A DNA stretch of 64,000 nt from Azolla caroliniana (taxonomy: Eukaryota > Plantae > Polypodiophyta). Numbering within the stretch: the first letter of the stretch is position 1; each line of letters begins with the position of its first letter. A program made the position numbers and the translations under genes. The notes beneath the pieces are model-generated. The model was not told the origin of the DNA. It was given only the letters and a program-made list of their open reading frames with translations, and did not search any database. Location: assembly GCA_043228905.1 (NCBI GenBank), contig JBHGNT010000002.1:9176001-9240000 (forward strand), written 5' to 3'. Positions 1 through 13,947 of the stretch are shown here, piece after piece.

Positions 1-46
1 TGAGTCAGAGTCGGTAGACCTGCTAAAATCAATTGAGGAATATGAG

Positions 47-1791
47 TTGGAGCTGTCCAACCTGGAGATGCCGATTGATGAGCTGAATCCCGAGCAAAGA
101 GAAGAGTTGGCAGAGACATCCGGAAAAGAGCCAACAGTGAGTGGACGAAGGTACCCACTTAGAGAAAGGATGGCACCGATTACATATTCCAGTCAATACA
201 TCCTCTTGACTGATGACGGTGAACCGGAGTGCTATGAAGAAGCCATTGCCAACGTGAGTAGAGAAAAATGGCTGAACGCGATGCAAGAGATGGAATCCTT
301 GCACGTGAATTACACCTATGACCTAGTAGAGCTGCCGAAAGGTAAGAGAGCACTCAAGAATAAATGGGTCTACAAGGTGAAGACTGGAGAAGTCGACAGT
401 GAGCCCAGGTATAAAGCCCGCATAGTGGTGAAGGGTTTTCAACAAAGGAAGGGCATCGACTTTGACGAAATATTCTCACCAGTCGTGAAGATGACATCGA
501 TTCGAACTATTCTGAGCACAGCGGCCAGCATGGATCTGGAGATCGAACAGTTGGATGTCAAAACCGCATTTCTACACGGGGAGCTAGACGAAGAGATCTA
601 CATGCAGCAACCCGAAGGCTTTGAGGAGAAAGGGAAGGAGAATCTGGTGTGTCGACTGAGGAAAAGTTTGTGCGGACTGAAACAAGCTCCATGCCAATGG
701 TACAAGAAATTTGAGTCCTTCATGATGGAACATCGGTTCCAGAAAACACAAACCGATCATTGTGTGTTCGTCAAAAGGTACGAGGAAGGAGATTTCTTGA
801 TTCTCTTGCTATATGTTGATGATATGTTGATAGTCGGTCAAGACACAAGGAAGATTGGAAGCTTGAAGAAAGCTCTTGGCAAATCTTTTGCCATGAAAAA
901 CCTTGGACCGGTAAAGCAAATCCTAGGAATGCACAAAACCCGAGACAGAGCTCGGAAGGTGCTATGGTTGTCACAACAGAAGTATGTGACGAAGATGCTA
1001 GAGAGATTCAACATGTCAGACGCAAAGTTGGTCGGTTCAGTGTTGCCGACAAACTGCAGATTAAATGTGAAGCAGTGTCCGAAGGGACAGAAGGAAAAGG
1101 CTGAGATGAAGAAGGTACCATATGCCTCGACCGTCGGCAGTCTAATGTATGCTATGGTCTGTACGAGACCGGACATAGCATTTTCTGTGGGAGCAGTAAG
1201 CTGATATATGAGTAATCCAGGCAGAGAACACTGGGTAGCGGTGAAATGGATACTTAGGTACTTAAAGGGCACCTCGGGGGTGTGCCTAAGGTATGGTATC
1301 GGAAAACCTGTGCTGGAAGGTTTTACCGATTCGGACATGTTAGGAGATACCGACTCAAGCCAATCCACATCAGGGTACGTGATGACCTATGCAAGGGGAG
1401 CAGTGTCATGGCAGTCACGACTGCAGAAGTCTGTAACCTTGTCGACTACAGAGGTATAGAGTATATGGCAACGATAGAGGCCGGAAAAGAGCTGATCTGG
1501 ATGAGAAATTTTCTCACAAAACTAGGCATGAAGCAAAAGGAGTTCTTGCTTCATTGTGACAGCCAAAGCGCCATACACCTGGCCAAGAACGCAGCATACC
1601 ACTCTCGGACCAAGCACATACAAAGGAGGTATCACTGGTTACAAGAGAGAGTCGAAGATGGAGAGTTTGCTCTTGTGAAGATCCATACCGATGACAATGG
1701 ATCTGACATGCTGATGAAGAACCTACCTATGGACAGACTCAGAATTGGTCGACAAAATACAGGACTGACAAATTTCCTCCCACATGAGTGA
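47..1791 (+). pseudogene. Copia pol fragment (reverse transcriptase and RNase H), disrupted
   Basis: ORFs 47-1204, 1208-1459 and ~1460-1791 are collinear RT/RH pieces. In-frame TGA at 1202-1204 and a frameshift near 1455. Confidence 0.9.
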
Positions 1792-1801
1792 AGGGGGAGT
1801 T

Positions 1802-2398
1802 TGTTGGGAATATGTTCCTCCAGTGGGAGGATGATCCAATTGTTCGGAAAGTTGACAATCAAAGAGTCGGAAAACAGGAGCTGAGTTGATGAGGAACTTA
1901 GCCGAGGCCGATAGGCCGAGGCCGAAACCGGAATCGAGTAAATAGCCAACTCATGAGACTATATTTGTAAATAGTCTTAGTGTGCGCCCCATGAGGGCTA
2001 CATATGTAAATAACCAAAAATTTGCGTAAGTATATATGCAACTAGGGCAAACATGTTGGGTAGTATGAACAATGTAGAACACAGAAGTTGTAGTGTGCAA
2101 GAGAGTGTGGGAGAGAGAAGTGTGAGTCGTGCCATAGTTGTGTTGTAACAGTAGACGCGAAGAGCCCTACGTGGCTGTTACACTCGACAGAGTGTTGTAA
2201 CCTTCTCAGTGGTGTATATCCATTATTTGTATAGTGAAGCTCTGTTCCCGTGGTTTTTCCCCGTTTTAGGGTTTCCATGTAAATCTCTGTGTACATCTGT
2301 CGTTTATCTTGTCTTTGTCATTTCTGGCATTTCAGTGTGATTCGTATTTCAGCGCATTATTTGTCTATGGTGATTTATTCCACGATGATTTCTCATCA
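1802..2398 (+). repeat. 3' LTR of Copia-1
   Basis: Follows the PPT and has TG...CA ends. Right end defined by alignment with the inverted solo LTR at 5113-5799. Confidence 0.85.
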
Positions 2399-5112
2399 GT
2401 ATGACTGTCACAAATATTGGATAATGTAGTGTTTTTAATAAGATATTATATTTCAAGGCAAAGTCTGTTGGCATAAAAGACCGATTCCTTCCACTTTGTA
2501 TCTGAATGTTAACACATCCAAATAGTTAGGGCTTAGTATATAAGCTCTAACCTAAGGCTGTAACGATAATCAATCTTCTTGTATCTTGAGTCTTGTAGAG
2601 AGAGTTACAGAATAACGAGAGCTACAGTTAAAGCTTGAACTATGTTTACGTTTCCATCATCTCTTTTCTCATACTCTCTGTGTTGTTTGTTGTGCACATA
2701 ACAAACAAGTCCTCGGATACTTCCGCATACATCTCGAACACCATATCCTCCAAGTAGTATCAGAGCGACTTGTTGTCCAGCGGCAACAAAATAGAAGAGA
2801 AAGCTTAAAGAAAAGACAAGGTCAGTAAAATCTCATTTCTCAAAAGAACATGGCTTCAACATCCGATACAAGAGTTGAAATCCAGAAGTTCGATGGCAAA
2901 AACTTTGCCTTGTGGAAAGAGATGATGCAGGATGTGTTGATGATTAGAAGATAGGTCGAAGCCATTCGACATAGCGAAAAACTTACTGCAATGACAACTG
3001 AAGAGTGGAGATCCATAGATGAAATCACACCCTCCACCGTCCGAATGCATCTGGCCGAAAATGTGTACTTCAGCATGGCCAAGGAGACAACAACATTCCC
3101 GTTATGGGAGAAGTTGTAGGTTGTGTACGAAAAGAAGTCCTCATCTTCGAAATCGATACTGATCAGACAACTGTTCAACATGAAGATGAGAGAAACCGAT
3201 CCAACAACCTCCCACATGAACACCTTCAGCCGGGTGTTGTTTGAACTCTCCTCCCAAGGGATTAACTTCGAAGAAGAAGTGAAAGCCCCTGCCCTCCTAT
3301 CAAGCTTGTCAGTGAGTTGGGAGGTATTCTGCACAACATTCACCAATAGCCAACCAAATCTAAATCTAGAGGAAATAGTCAACCAAGTCCTCACGGAGGA
3401 CATTCGGCGAAAATCGATGGGACTCACCATCAACGAGTCAGCAGAAGCCCACCACTCACCCATGTCGATCGACCGATTCAGTCGATCATGAGAACAAGCC
3501 TACAGAACCAGTCGAAATCATAGTCGATAAAGAACGAGGGGAGACCGACATTGGTTGAAGTCAAGAACGAGTCGATCAGGCAATTTTTGCACCCATTGTA
3601 GAAAAGCTGGTCATAATGTTTCCAATTGTTGGTCAATCAAGAGGAAAGAGAGTGGTCGACGATCCGAGTGGAGTCGAGGACATTCTGACTCGAACCACTC
3701 TCTAGTCAACAACCAAGTCAATGTTGCCGATACCCGATCTGGAGAAATCCAATCCTTAAAGGAATCCATGATCGGAGAGGTCCTCTACAGTGCGCAAGAA
3801 GCACATACGTGGTTGTTGGATTCCGGTGCCACATTCCAGGTGACCCTAAATATCGAATGGTTTTCGAACTATTCAGTCGAAACCAGTGGCACAATCCCAC
3901 TAGGCAATGGGCAGGAGTGCAGAATCGCAAGAATTGACGAAGTACCAATTCAATTGTCGAATGGCAACACGATAGTCCTACACCAAGTTCAGCATGTACC
4001 TACACTAAAAAGGAGTTTGGTCTCCATTGGCATGTTAGCCGAAGACGGGTACAGAACGACTCTGAGTGAGTCGACATGGATGATCAGCCAAGGAAATCTA
4101 AAGATCGGAAACAGACACAAGTACAACAACTTGTATCCAATAATGGTGATCCATTCAGAAGGGGCCATGAACGTAGCCGAGAAGACCAACTCAAACCTAT
4201 GGCATGGCCGACTCAGCCATATGTCTCAAGCCGGACTCGATCAGATGATGGCGGTCGTCTACATTCCAAAACTCCAAGCAAAGACAAACTTATGTGAGCA
4301 TTGTCATGATGGGAAACAGACCCAAAGTCTGCACTCTCTCCATTACAAGATGGTACAACAACCCCTAGAGCTCGTGCACACAGATATATGTGGGCCTATG
4401 CGCGAAAGATCACTAGGTAGCTCTCGGTACTTCATCACATTCGTAGAGGATTGTACATGGAAGGTCTAGGCCTACTCAATCAAATCCAAAGACGAAGCGT
4501 TCGAGGTCTTCACTCGATGGTTAGCTGAAGTGGAGAACCAGTCGGGATACAAAGTGAAGACACTCGGATCCGACAATGGAGACGACAACATTCTCGTTAT
4601 GGGAGATGTTGTAGGTTGTGTATGAAAAGAAGTCCTCATCTTCGAAATTGATACTGATCAGACAAGTATTCAACATGAAGATGAGAGAAACCGATCCAAC
4701 CACCTCCCACATCAACAACTTCAGTCGGGTGTTGTCTGAACTCTCCTCCCAAGGGATTAACTTCAAAGAAGAAGTGAAAGCCCTTGCCCTTCCTTGAACC
4801 TATGGCATGGCCGACTCAGCCATATGTCTCAAGTTGGACTCGATCAGTTGATGACGATTAGCTACATTCTGAAGCTCCAAGCAAAGATGGACTTCTGTGA
4901 GCATTGTCGTTACGGGAAACTGACCCGAAGTTCACACTCTCTCCATTACGAGATGGTATGACAACCGCTTGAGCTCGTGCACACAGATATATGTGGGCCT
5001 ATGCCCGAAAGATCACTAGGTGGCTCCCAGTACTTCATCACATTCATAGATGACTATACACGAAAGGTCTAGGCCTACTCAATCATATCCAAAGACGAAG
5101 CACTCGAGGTCT

Positions 5113-5799
5113 TGCTGAGAAATCAATGCGGAATTAATCACAACAATCGAACTATGTGCTGAAATACAAATCACACCACATAGCAAGAAAGACAAGATAA
5201 ACAACTATACACAAAGATTTACGTGGAAACCCTAAAACGGGAAAATAACCACGGGTGAACAAATTCTTCACTATACAAATAGTGCATACACAATACAGAG
5301 AATATTACAACACTCTATCGAGTGTATCAGCCGCACAGGGCTCTTCACGTCTGCTGTTACACACACAACTATGGTGCGGCTCTCACTTCTCTCACACACT
5401 CTCTCTCTTACAGTCGTTTTGTTTCTACAACTCCTGTTCTATTCCACACAGTTAAAGTTTGCCCTAATTGCATATATACTTACACACCTTTTTTGGCTAT
5501 TTACATACGTAGCCCTCATGGGGCGCACACTTAGACTATTTACAAAGTATAGTCTTCCGAGTTGGCTATTTACACGATTCCAGTTTCGGCCTCGACCTAT
5601 TGGCCTCGGCCGAGTCCCTCATCAACTCAGCTCCTCTCTCTCCCCATCCGGAGAAACCTATTTCCTAACATCATCATTATTATTACCATAATAATAATAG
5701 TCGAATTCTCAAACAATCGACTCACTGTTTTAGACTCTTCGACTGTCGGCTTTCCGACCAGTCGGCTCTTCCTCCCACTGGAGGGACATATTCCCAACA
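5113..5799 (-). mobile_element. Solo LTR of the Copia-1 family inserted in the Copia-2 integrase
   Basis: Reverse complement reads TGTTGGGAATATG...TTTCTCAGCA. Perfect TSD GGTCT at 5108-5112 and 5800-5804. The host integrase sequence rejoins across it (compare 4491-4530). Confidence 0.92.
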
Positions 5800-6716
5800 G
5801 GTCTTCACTCGGTGGTTAGCTGAAGTGGAGAACCAGTTGGGATATAGAGTGAAGACACTCTGATCCGACAACGGAGGTGAGTACACCTCCCGAGCCTTCA
5901 AACAATACTTGTCTGATAAAGGGATTTGGCACCAAAAGATCGTTCCATACACACCCATCTAAAATGGAGCGGCAGAACAGATTAACCGAATGATCCAGGA
6001 GAGGGTGACGACAATACTCTAGCAAGAAGGACTGAAACTGGAGTTATGGGCCAAAGCATTGTAGACAGCAGTATATCTGATCAACTTGTCGCCATCAAAA
6101 GCAACCATGCTTGAAGTGCCACAGGCACTATGGTTAGGCAAACAGTTGACCTATGATAGGCTCCGTACATTCGGATGCAAAGCCTATGCCTTCCTCCCCA
6201 GGGAGAAAAGGACCAAGTTGGCAACCCATGCAACGAAATGCACATTTCTCGGTTATGGAAACGATGGGAATTCGGATACCGATTATGGGACCCAGAGAAC
6301 TGGAAACTGATCTAGAGCAGTGACGTAGTCTTCAATGAAGACTCTATCCTCTTTCAGAGGAACCAACTGAAAATAGTTGGAAAAAGGGTCTCTTTAGAAA
6401 TCGACCAAGACGTCGTAGAAAGACCAGGCCGAATCGGTGATTCGGCAAACAGTCTACATCGACCGAGCCGACACCACCCCTGCCGACTCCGAATCGGCAA
6501 GAGGCCCACTGGTCGAAAACGGTTCGACCACGAGATTGACAAAAGCTAACAAAGACACAATGTCTAAGGGTAAAACTATCGTGTCAATTGATCTCGAGAC
6601 AGGTGAGGATGACTCTACATCACCGAAATCCTACTACAAGGGCGAGTCATCCACGAGGACTCTTGAAGACAGTTCAAGTAATATCAATCGACTGATCGAG
6701 TTGATTGAAGAAATCG

Positions 6717-7342
6717 TGTTAGGCAACAGGTTCCTCCGGATGGGAAGTGAGAAGAGCAGTGTTGATGAGAAACTCGGCCGAGGCCGAATCCGAATGTGGA
6801 GTACCCAGCTACGGAAGACCCGGTGAGAACCGGATGAGGAGTACCCGGCAAGAGCCCGATGGTGAAGGCCCGGTGAAAAGTGCTCACCGGATGAAGGGAC
6901 ATATTCATAAATATATTTCCTGAGAGGCCATCAGGGCTATATTTGTAAATAGCCAAAAAGTCATATTAGTATAAATATGACTTAGGGCAAACTTAGTATT
7001 TAGTAGTTGTCATTCTTGTTGGCGTACGATTAGAGCGCAACAGTGTACAGTGAGAGAGAGAAAGAGACGAAGAGTTTGTATCTCTGTTGTAACCGCCGCC
7101 TGTGGCGAAGACAGTGAACAAGAGGTCGTTGCCTCTATGTTCATCGATTGTATATTGTTACATAGTGATAGTTAGCAGTCAGTGGACTGCCGTGGTTTTT
7201 CCCGTGTTTGGGTTTTCCACGTAAACATCCTGTATACGCTTCTCTCCATTGTGTCATGCATTCATTCCCCGTTTTTCTATGTTTTGATTCTAAGCTCGGT
7301 TGTGGCTGAGCGTTGTTCATCGAGAGCGTGTAGTTCCTGTCA
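6717..7342 (+). repeat. 5' LTR of Copia-3 (626 bp)
   Basis: TGTTAGG...CCTGTCA, directly repeated at 26190-26939. Confidence 0.93.
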
Positions 7343-7375
7343 AAGCGGTATCAGAGGGAAAAATCGACATAGAAA

Positions 7376-8143
7376 ATGGACGAATCGTTGGGCGGCATGT
7401 TCAAGCTCACCGGCTCCAACTATTCAGTGTGGAAGTCGAAGATGAGGGACATGCTCGTGGTTAAAGATCTTTGGTTGCCGGTTCAATTCGGGGACAAGAG
7501 ACCAGACAAAATCGTTGCCGCGATATGGGAGGTGATGCACATGAAGACAACGGCTTACATACGGTGCTTCATCGACATGAGTCTATACGACAACTTCAAT
7601 GAAGAGAGCAAGGCTCATGAGCTCTAGGAGAAGATCGGCATTATGTTTCAGAACAAAAATGTTGTCAATCAGGTTTTGGTATTTCGGAAGCTAATAAGAC
7701 TCCAGTACCAAGATGGCTCCAGCATGGCGGAGCACATGAAGGCCTTCTAGGGGCTGATCCACCAGGCAACATCATTGGAAGTACCTCTTGCCAATGAGGG
7801 ACTAGCACTACTCCTGCTCGGTTCCCTCCTAGAGAGGTGGGAGACGTTGGTTGTCATCTTGGGCAACACTGGGCCGGAAGGGAAACGGTTATCCCTAGCA
7901 AGAGTGAAGTCGAGCTTGCTAGATGAGGAGGCGCGTCGGAAAGATAAGGATACGAGCTCCGACTCCAAAGCGCTCCTAACTGAATAGGAACGCGGAAGAC
8001 AAAGAAACCGTAGTCCCCAGAACCGGGAAAAGTCGGGGACACGGTCAAAGTCAAGGGGGAGGCCTACTTGCTTCTATTGCGGCAAGCGGGGACACTTCCA
8101 GAAGAACTGTCGGCATTTCCGAAAAGACAAGGAAACCGACAGT
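7376..8143 (+). pseudogene. Copia-3 gag (capsid and zinc knuckle), disrupted
   Basis: MDESLGGMFKLTGSNYSVWK...EEARR...CFYCGKRGHFQKNC, with in-frame TAGs at 7625, 7748 and 7985. Confidence 0.88.
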
Positions 8144-8584
8144 TGTTGTCCGCCGGAATAGTAACCGACGGCCAAAAGAGTAGGAATAAGAAACTATATA
8201 AGAGCATAACGTATGTAACGGTTCACGCAGGAAGCGTGAACGGCTAATTAGACCCTGCATATATAAAGGGCAGAAAACCTCTTATGGAGGTGCGTGTAAA
8301 TTTTGGGGGAATGTAAAGAACGCCTGATAATAGAATTCTATCTTCTCTGAGTTTCTGTGTGTAGCTGTGGCTAATTCAGTGTTTGTGTCTCGGATACTTA
8401 AGCGTAGTAGTACGTAAGTGTAACCTGTGATAAGGATTCGGTTGTAGCCGTCTTCCCTTATATGCGGAGGAATTACAGAGGTTCTCTCCTTACGCAGTAC
8501 ACTTAAACCCTGTTCGTTGTTCCTCACCCACCTTGGGGTCTAGGTCGAAGGAATGACCACAGACCGTGTTCCTAAGAGGCAACA
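8144..8584 (+). repeat. 5' LTR of Gypsy-A
   Basis: TGTTGTCC...GGCAACA, with TATA-like ATATATAAA at ~8259. Repeated at 17087-17527. Confidence 0.95.
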
Positions 8585-8634
8585 CTTTTGGCACGCTTGG
8601 TGATCTGTGTTTCCTCACAGACAAGCAACAATGA

Positions 8635-11600
8635 ATGGATGTTTAGCCGCAGAAGACCCAGAGAACCAACAAGACAAGACCGGCCAATAACAAGGTCCGT
8701 CACACGCCAGGCAGAAGAATGCGCCCGGCAAAAGCCGCGCATCAGCGACCTCAGTACTACCTGCCGGGAGTGCAAAGGGGATTCTTTGCTCCCCAAATAC
8801 CTCGACGAGACGAGGGGACCACGCTCACCACAGCCACCCGGTGACCTTTTCCGATCCACCGTAGCTCCCACGATGGCCTTTGCCTACCCCTGCTTTAACG
8901 GCAAAACCGATGCCGCAACTCATCTTTGCATGTTCTTGAATGTTTGGAATGCGAACCACATGGCGTAGAATCTCTCCGAGACAGTGGCACACCAGTCGAA
9001 AATGAAGGAGTTCGGATTAACATTAGATGGGCGTGCAACGTTCTAGCATTCACAGATGGACTTACCAGCCATAACAACCTTCGATCAACTGCAGTCCGCC
9101 TTCTTGCGATTCTTCCACCGCAGGGTTCCACAACGCGAGATTCTCGGGCAGTTTTATACAATTAAGCAACTACCGACCGAGACGATAGCAGACTTCAGCT
9201 TACATTTCAAAAATTTACGACGGAAACTAGATCGAAGCCCCGCGGAGGAGGAGGCTCGGGAGACATTTCTGGCAGCATTACGCCGGCCCATCCGGGCAAC
9301 ACTCAACAACAATAGCGTGAAAGGGGAAACGGAGGATATGGTGATTGAACGAGCGTTACAGCTCGAGTTGGATGACGAGGAGGAGAGGTTTTCGATGTCA
9401 TCCTTACGACAAGCGTTACCTCAGGATGAGGAACGCCAATTTTGTCAAGCAATCCAGTGCACGATTTGCTTGAATGCGGGGCATTCCGCGGTGGAGTGCA
9501 ATATGCGAATCCACTGCCCAATCTACCACTCGAAGGTTCACACAATCGACCAATGCGAGTACAATATGTTAAACAGAGCCACTCCCGCGGTCTGCAGCAT
9601 GGACACACAGCGTCAACCGCACCGGGCGGAACAAAGGAGGCAAGAAGACCAACCCTGGTATAAGGATCGCAACCCGCGGGAGGACCTGTACAACCGGAAT
9701 CGCCGGAATCACAACGAGTCCAAGGAGGACGACCCGGAGGACGAGGATTATCGTGGACATCCGAGGTACGCCAAAGGGGGTCGGCGATACAAACATCAAC
9801 GCCCGACAAACAAACGGGGTGGCTTCAATGGCTATCGGGGTAAGCCTCGACAATATAGGGATCACCGGCATTACGACGAAAGCTCGGGGGATGAGCGGGA
9901 CCATGAACAACGACGGGACCAACAGTAGCCACCACGTACGTTCCGACAAACGAGGCCGAACCGCGAAGAGCAAGTAGCGCCCGGAGAGCGGCACACTCCA
10001 CCTGGGGCTGAGAAGGGAGAATCAAGCATCCATTGTTTTATTTGCTAGCAACCCGGACACTATGCCACGCAATGCCCAGCACGCAAGGGAAAGGGGCCCG
10101 CCGTCAATACGATTACGGCGGAGGTGCAACACATCACAACACGCCAGCAAACAAAAACGGCGGATTGGGCTGCGCAGGACGAGGTACAACGACAAGCCCA
10201 AGCCTGGGAGGAAAAAGCAAACGCGACCAATACGAAACGTATGCAGCAGGAGTCCGCGAACACAATGGAGCGAACAAAGAACGAAAGACCGGGGCCGGAC
10301 CCCATTTGGCAGGTGTTAGCAGGCTGTGAAATCACGTTAACTATGGAAAAACTGCTACAACTAGTTCCACGTTTCCGCCAGACCATGGAAGCATAGGTGG
10401 CGGGCAGGCCCAGGGCGAGCGTTGCCACAAACCTGACAGACGTCAGTGATGGACCACCGGTGGTGGATCAGCACAACCCGGCTATTACAGTAATATTGCA
10501 CGGACAGGAAGTTCCTGGATGCGTAATCGACGGCGGCTCAGGCGTCAATGTGATTAGCACGAAAACTTGCGAACAGTTAGGCATTTCCGAATGGGAGGCG
10601 TGTCCATTCTAGCTCCGCATGGCAGATACCCGATCAGTGCAACCGTTGGGGCTATCGGCGGTCGTCCTCGCTTTGGACGCCCCAGGAGCGTACCTAGTGC
10701 TTCTGGGCAGACCATGGCTTCGGACAGCAAATATCAAGCAGAGCTAGCAACACGAGTGTATCAGTTTCCGGCATGGACGCACCAAGGTTCGTGTACCTAC
10801 GGAAGGCAACACGCCACAACCGAAGGGTATAACACCGTTATACGCGGAAGACATAAATATGATGGTTGGGGTGGAGGATGCCGAATTGGAAGCGTACCTT
10901 GACGAACATCCTCGGATTATTCCGATGTTCGAAATAGATGTCATCGCAATTGCGGCAAAATATACTACGGCCACTGTTCCGCACGAAGAGTCGTACGAAC
11001 CAAACCCAGAGTCCATATTGGAACTCAGCAGAGCACGGGCGGCATTCGAAAGGGAAATGGAGATTTCACGACGAGTCACCGCTTCCGCTCTCGATGAAGT
11101 GAATGTGGGTACGGAATCGGAACCCCGGTTCCTCTCCATAGCAAAGGAATTGAGGCCGGACCAGAGAATCACAATGATCGCACTACTCACGGAATATAAA
11201 GATGTGTTCGCTTGGGCTCACGAGGACATGAAGGGGTTAGATCCCAAGTTCTATTAGCATAAGATCAATTTACCAACTGACGCAAAACCTGTCCAACAGC
11301 GCCGCTACCGCATGAACCCCAATTACGTGACCCGCGTGAAAGAAGAAATTGACAAGCTGTTGAGGGCGGGGTTCATACGGCCAGTTAAACAAGCAACATG
11401 GCTAAGCCCGATAGTGGTTGTCCCAAAGAAAAACGGCAAAATACGGGTATGCGTAGATTACCAAAAATTAAACGTCGTAACCATTACGGACGCATTTCCC
11501 TTACCCTTCACCGATAGCGTGTTGGACGTTGTCGCAGGCCATGAGATGTACAGTTTCTTAGATGGCTTCAGTGGCTATAACCAAGTACGCATGCACCCGG

Positions 11601-13947
11601 AGGACCAGGAGAAGACGGTGTTTGTCACGGACTGGGGAGTATATGTGGCGGTCGTCATGATGTTCGGCCTAAAGACGGCGCCGGCAACAGTTCAACGAAC
11701 GATTACGGAGATCTTTGGGGAATACATTCCGGCGTTCATGCAAGTCTTTTTAGACGATTTTGCGGTATATGGGCAAACAAAAGACCATTTTTCGCACTTA
11801 CGTCTGTGCTTGGAACGTTGCTGCACCGCACGCTTAAGCCTGAATCCCGCGAAATGTGCCTTCGGCGTGACCAGCGGGACTCTCCTAGGCCACATTGTCA
11901 GCAAAGAAGGAATAGCGGTCGACCCAAACAAGATCTCCGCTATTATGCAAGCTAAACTCCCACAAATGCCAAATCACTTAGCCGATTTTTGGGCCAAATA
12001 CGGTGGCATAGTCGGATGATACGGTATTTGGCGGACTTCACCACACCACTACACGCTGCCGTACATCAGACTCCTTTCCAATGGACTGCAACAGAGGATA
12101 AGGCCTATGAGGCACTTAAGATAATGCTCACACAGGCCCCCGTCGTACAACCTCTAGTTTGGGTGAAGCCATTCCACGTGTTCGTCGACGCCTCGGACAT
12201 AGCAATAGGAAGCGCGCTAATGCAACTCACCGAACCAAATTGGTACAGGCCAGTATACTACGCTAGTCGTAAATTGTCAGCAGCAGAGCGTAACTATTCC
12301 ACAACAGAGCGGGAGGCGCTAGGGATGATCTATAGCATCAATAAATTCCGACATTATTTACTAGGACGGAAATTCACGTTCCACGTGGATCATTCGGCAT
12401 TATTGTATTTGGTGGAGAAACAAGCCCTAACAGGGAAATTGGCGCGGTGGATGCTGCTGCTCCAGGAATTCGAGTTCGTAATTCAGCACCGGCTAAGGAC
12501 GCAACACGCAGTGGCGGATTTTTTGAGCAGACTTGAGAATGGAGAAACAGTACAGAAAGACGACGACGATTTTCCGGACGTCGACATCTGGCGAGTAGCG
12601 ACACTTGCAGAAAAAACGGAATCCACCTTTCCGGACCGATGGCTTATGGAAATGACATACTTTTTAACGACAGGACTACCTCCACCACAATTACGCACGA
12701 ACAAGAAGAAACGAGTAGCCGTCCGAAGCCGTCACTTCTGCCTTGTCGAAGAAAATTTATATCACAAAGGAAATGACGGCATTTGGCGACATGGAGTCCG
12801 TCAGGATGAGAAAGAAGCAGTTTTACGGGAGGCACACTGCGGCACGGCCGGCGGCCATTACGCGGGCAACGTGACAGCCCGCAAAGTATGGCAGGTGGGC
12901 TTATGGTGGCCAACAACGCAGAAGGACGCATCCGAGTATTGTAGAAAGTGTGATATCCCAACGGATGGGTCAGCCCGCGGAGGACGCAAGGACGCCACAC
13001 CAGCCCCTATTACCGCTAGACCCCTTCCAAAAGTGGGGATTGGATTTTGTGGGCCCTTCACACCAGCAGCGGCCCATACGGGCAACAAATACATATTGGT
13101 AGCCACGGATTACTGCACCAAATGGGTAGAAGCAAAGGCACTACGTGAAAATACAGCGGCCGTCACAGCCAAATTTCTTTACGAGCACATTTGGTGCCGG
13201 TTCGGTTGTTCGATTGAGCTCATAAGTGACCAGGGGAGCCACTTCCTCAATACGGTTGTTCGGGAACTAACACAGCATTACGCAGTAGTCCACAAGAAGA
13301 GCACGCCATACTACCCGCAGGCGAATGGATTAGCGGAATCCACGAACAAAACTTTACAGACCATTTTGAAGAAAACCGTCAATGAAAATAGAACGGACTG
13401 GGATACCAAACTCCAGAGTGCGTTATGGGCGTACAGAACTAGTTACAAAACAAGCATATAGTCAACACCGTTCCGGCTAGCGTTTGGACTAGAGGTTGTG
13501 ATGCCGGTCGAATTTCGGGTACCTAGTTTGCGCATTCAAGTACGGAACCGATTATCAGAAGCCAAGTCAGAGGAGGAACGGCTCTACCAACTCCTCGAAC
13601 TAGGGGAAAAACGCGTCCACAGCATGGCTGTGTTGGAACAGGAACATCGACGGCGTAAAGCGTTTGTCGATCGACATCGGAGCGCAAGGGAAAAGGATTT
13701 CGCCGTGGGCCGAGCGGTGCTAGTTTTTCAAACGCGCATGGGCCATATGCCGGGGAAGTTACGTTTCCGCTGGACCGGCCCATACTGGATAATTGGAGCG
13801 GAACAGGGCACGTTCCAACTAGCAACGCTGGCTGGAGAAATAGTACGGAAAAAAGTGAATGGGTTTCGGCTCAAACCTTACCTGGGCCCTACGCTACCTA
13901 ACCCATTCACTGCCGAACGAGACAAAGCCGGAAAACCCACAACATAA
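8635..13947 (+). pseudogene. Gypsy-A gag-pol polyprotein, disrupted
   Basis: Retrotransposon gag with zinc knuckles CTICLNAGHSAVEC and CFICxQPGHYATQC. Protease VIDGGSGVN, RT LDGFSGYNQ...FLDD, RNase H VDAS...NYSTTERE...DH...ADFLSR, integrase HHCC plus SDQGSHF...NGLAE. Several TAG stops and frameshifts. Confidence 0.92.

Larger units (their letters stand above)
1..2398 (+). mobile_element. Copia-1: 3' part of a Ty1/copia (Tnt1-like) LTR retrotransposon (RT-RNaseH, PPT, 3' LTR)
   Basis: Motifs YKARIVVKGF, QLDVKTAFLHG, LLYVDDML and HSRTKHI. PPT AAGGGGGAG at ~1791-1799. LTR TGTTGGG...TCTCATCA at 1802-2398, related to the solo LTR at 5113-5799. Confidence 0.93.
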
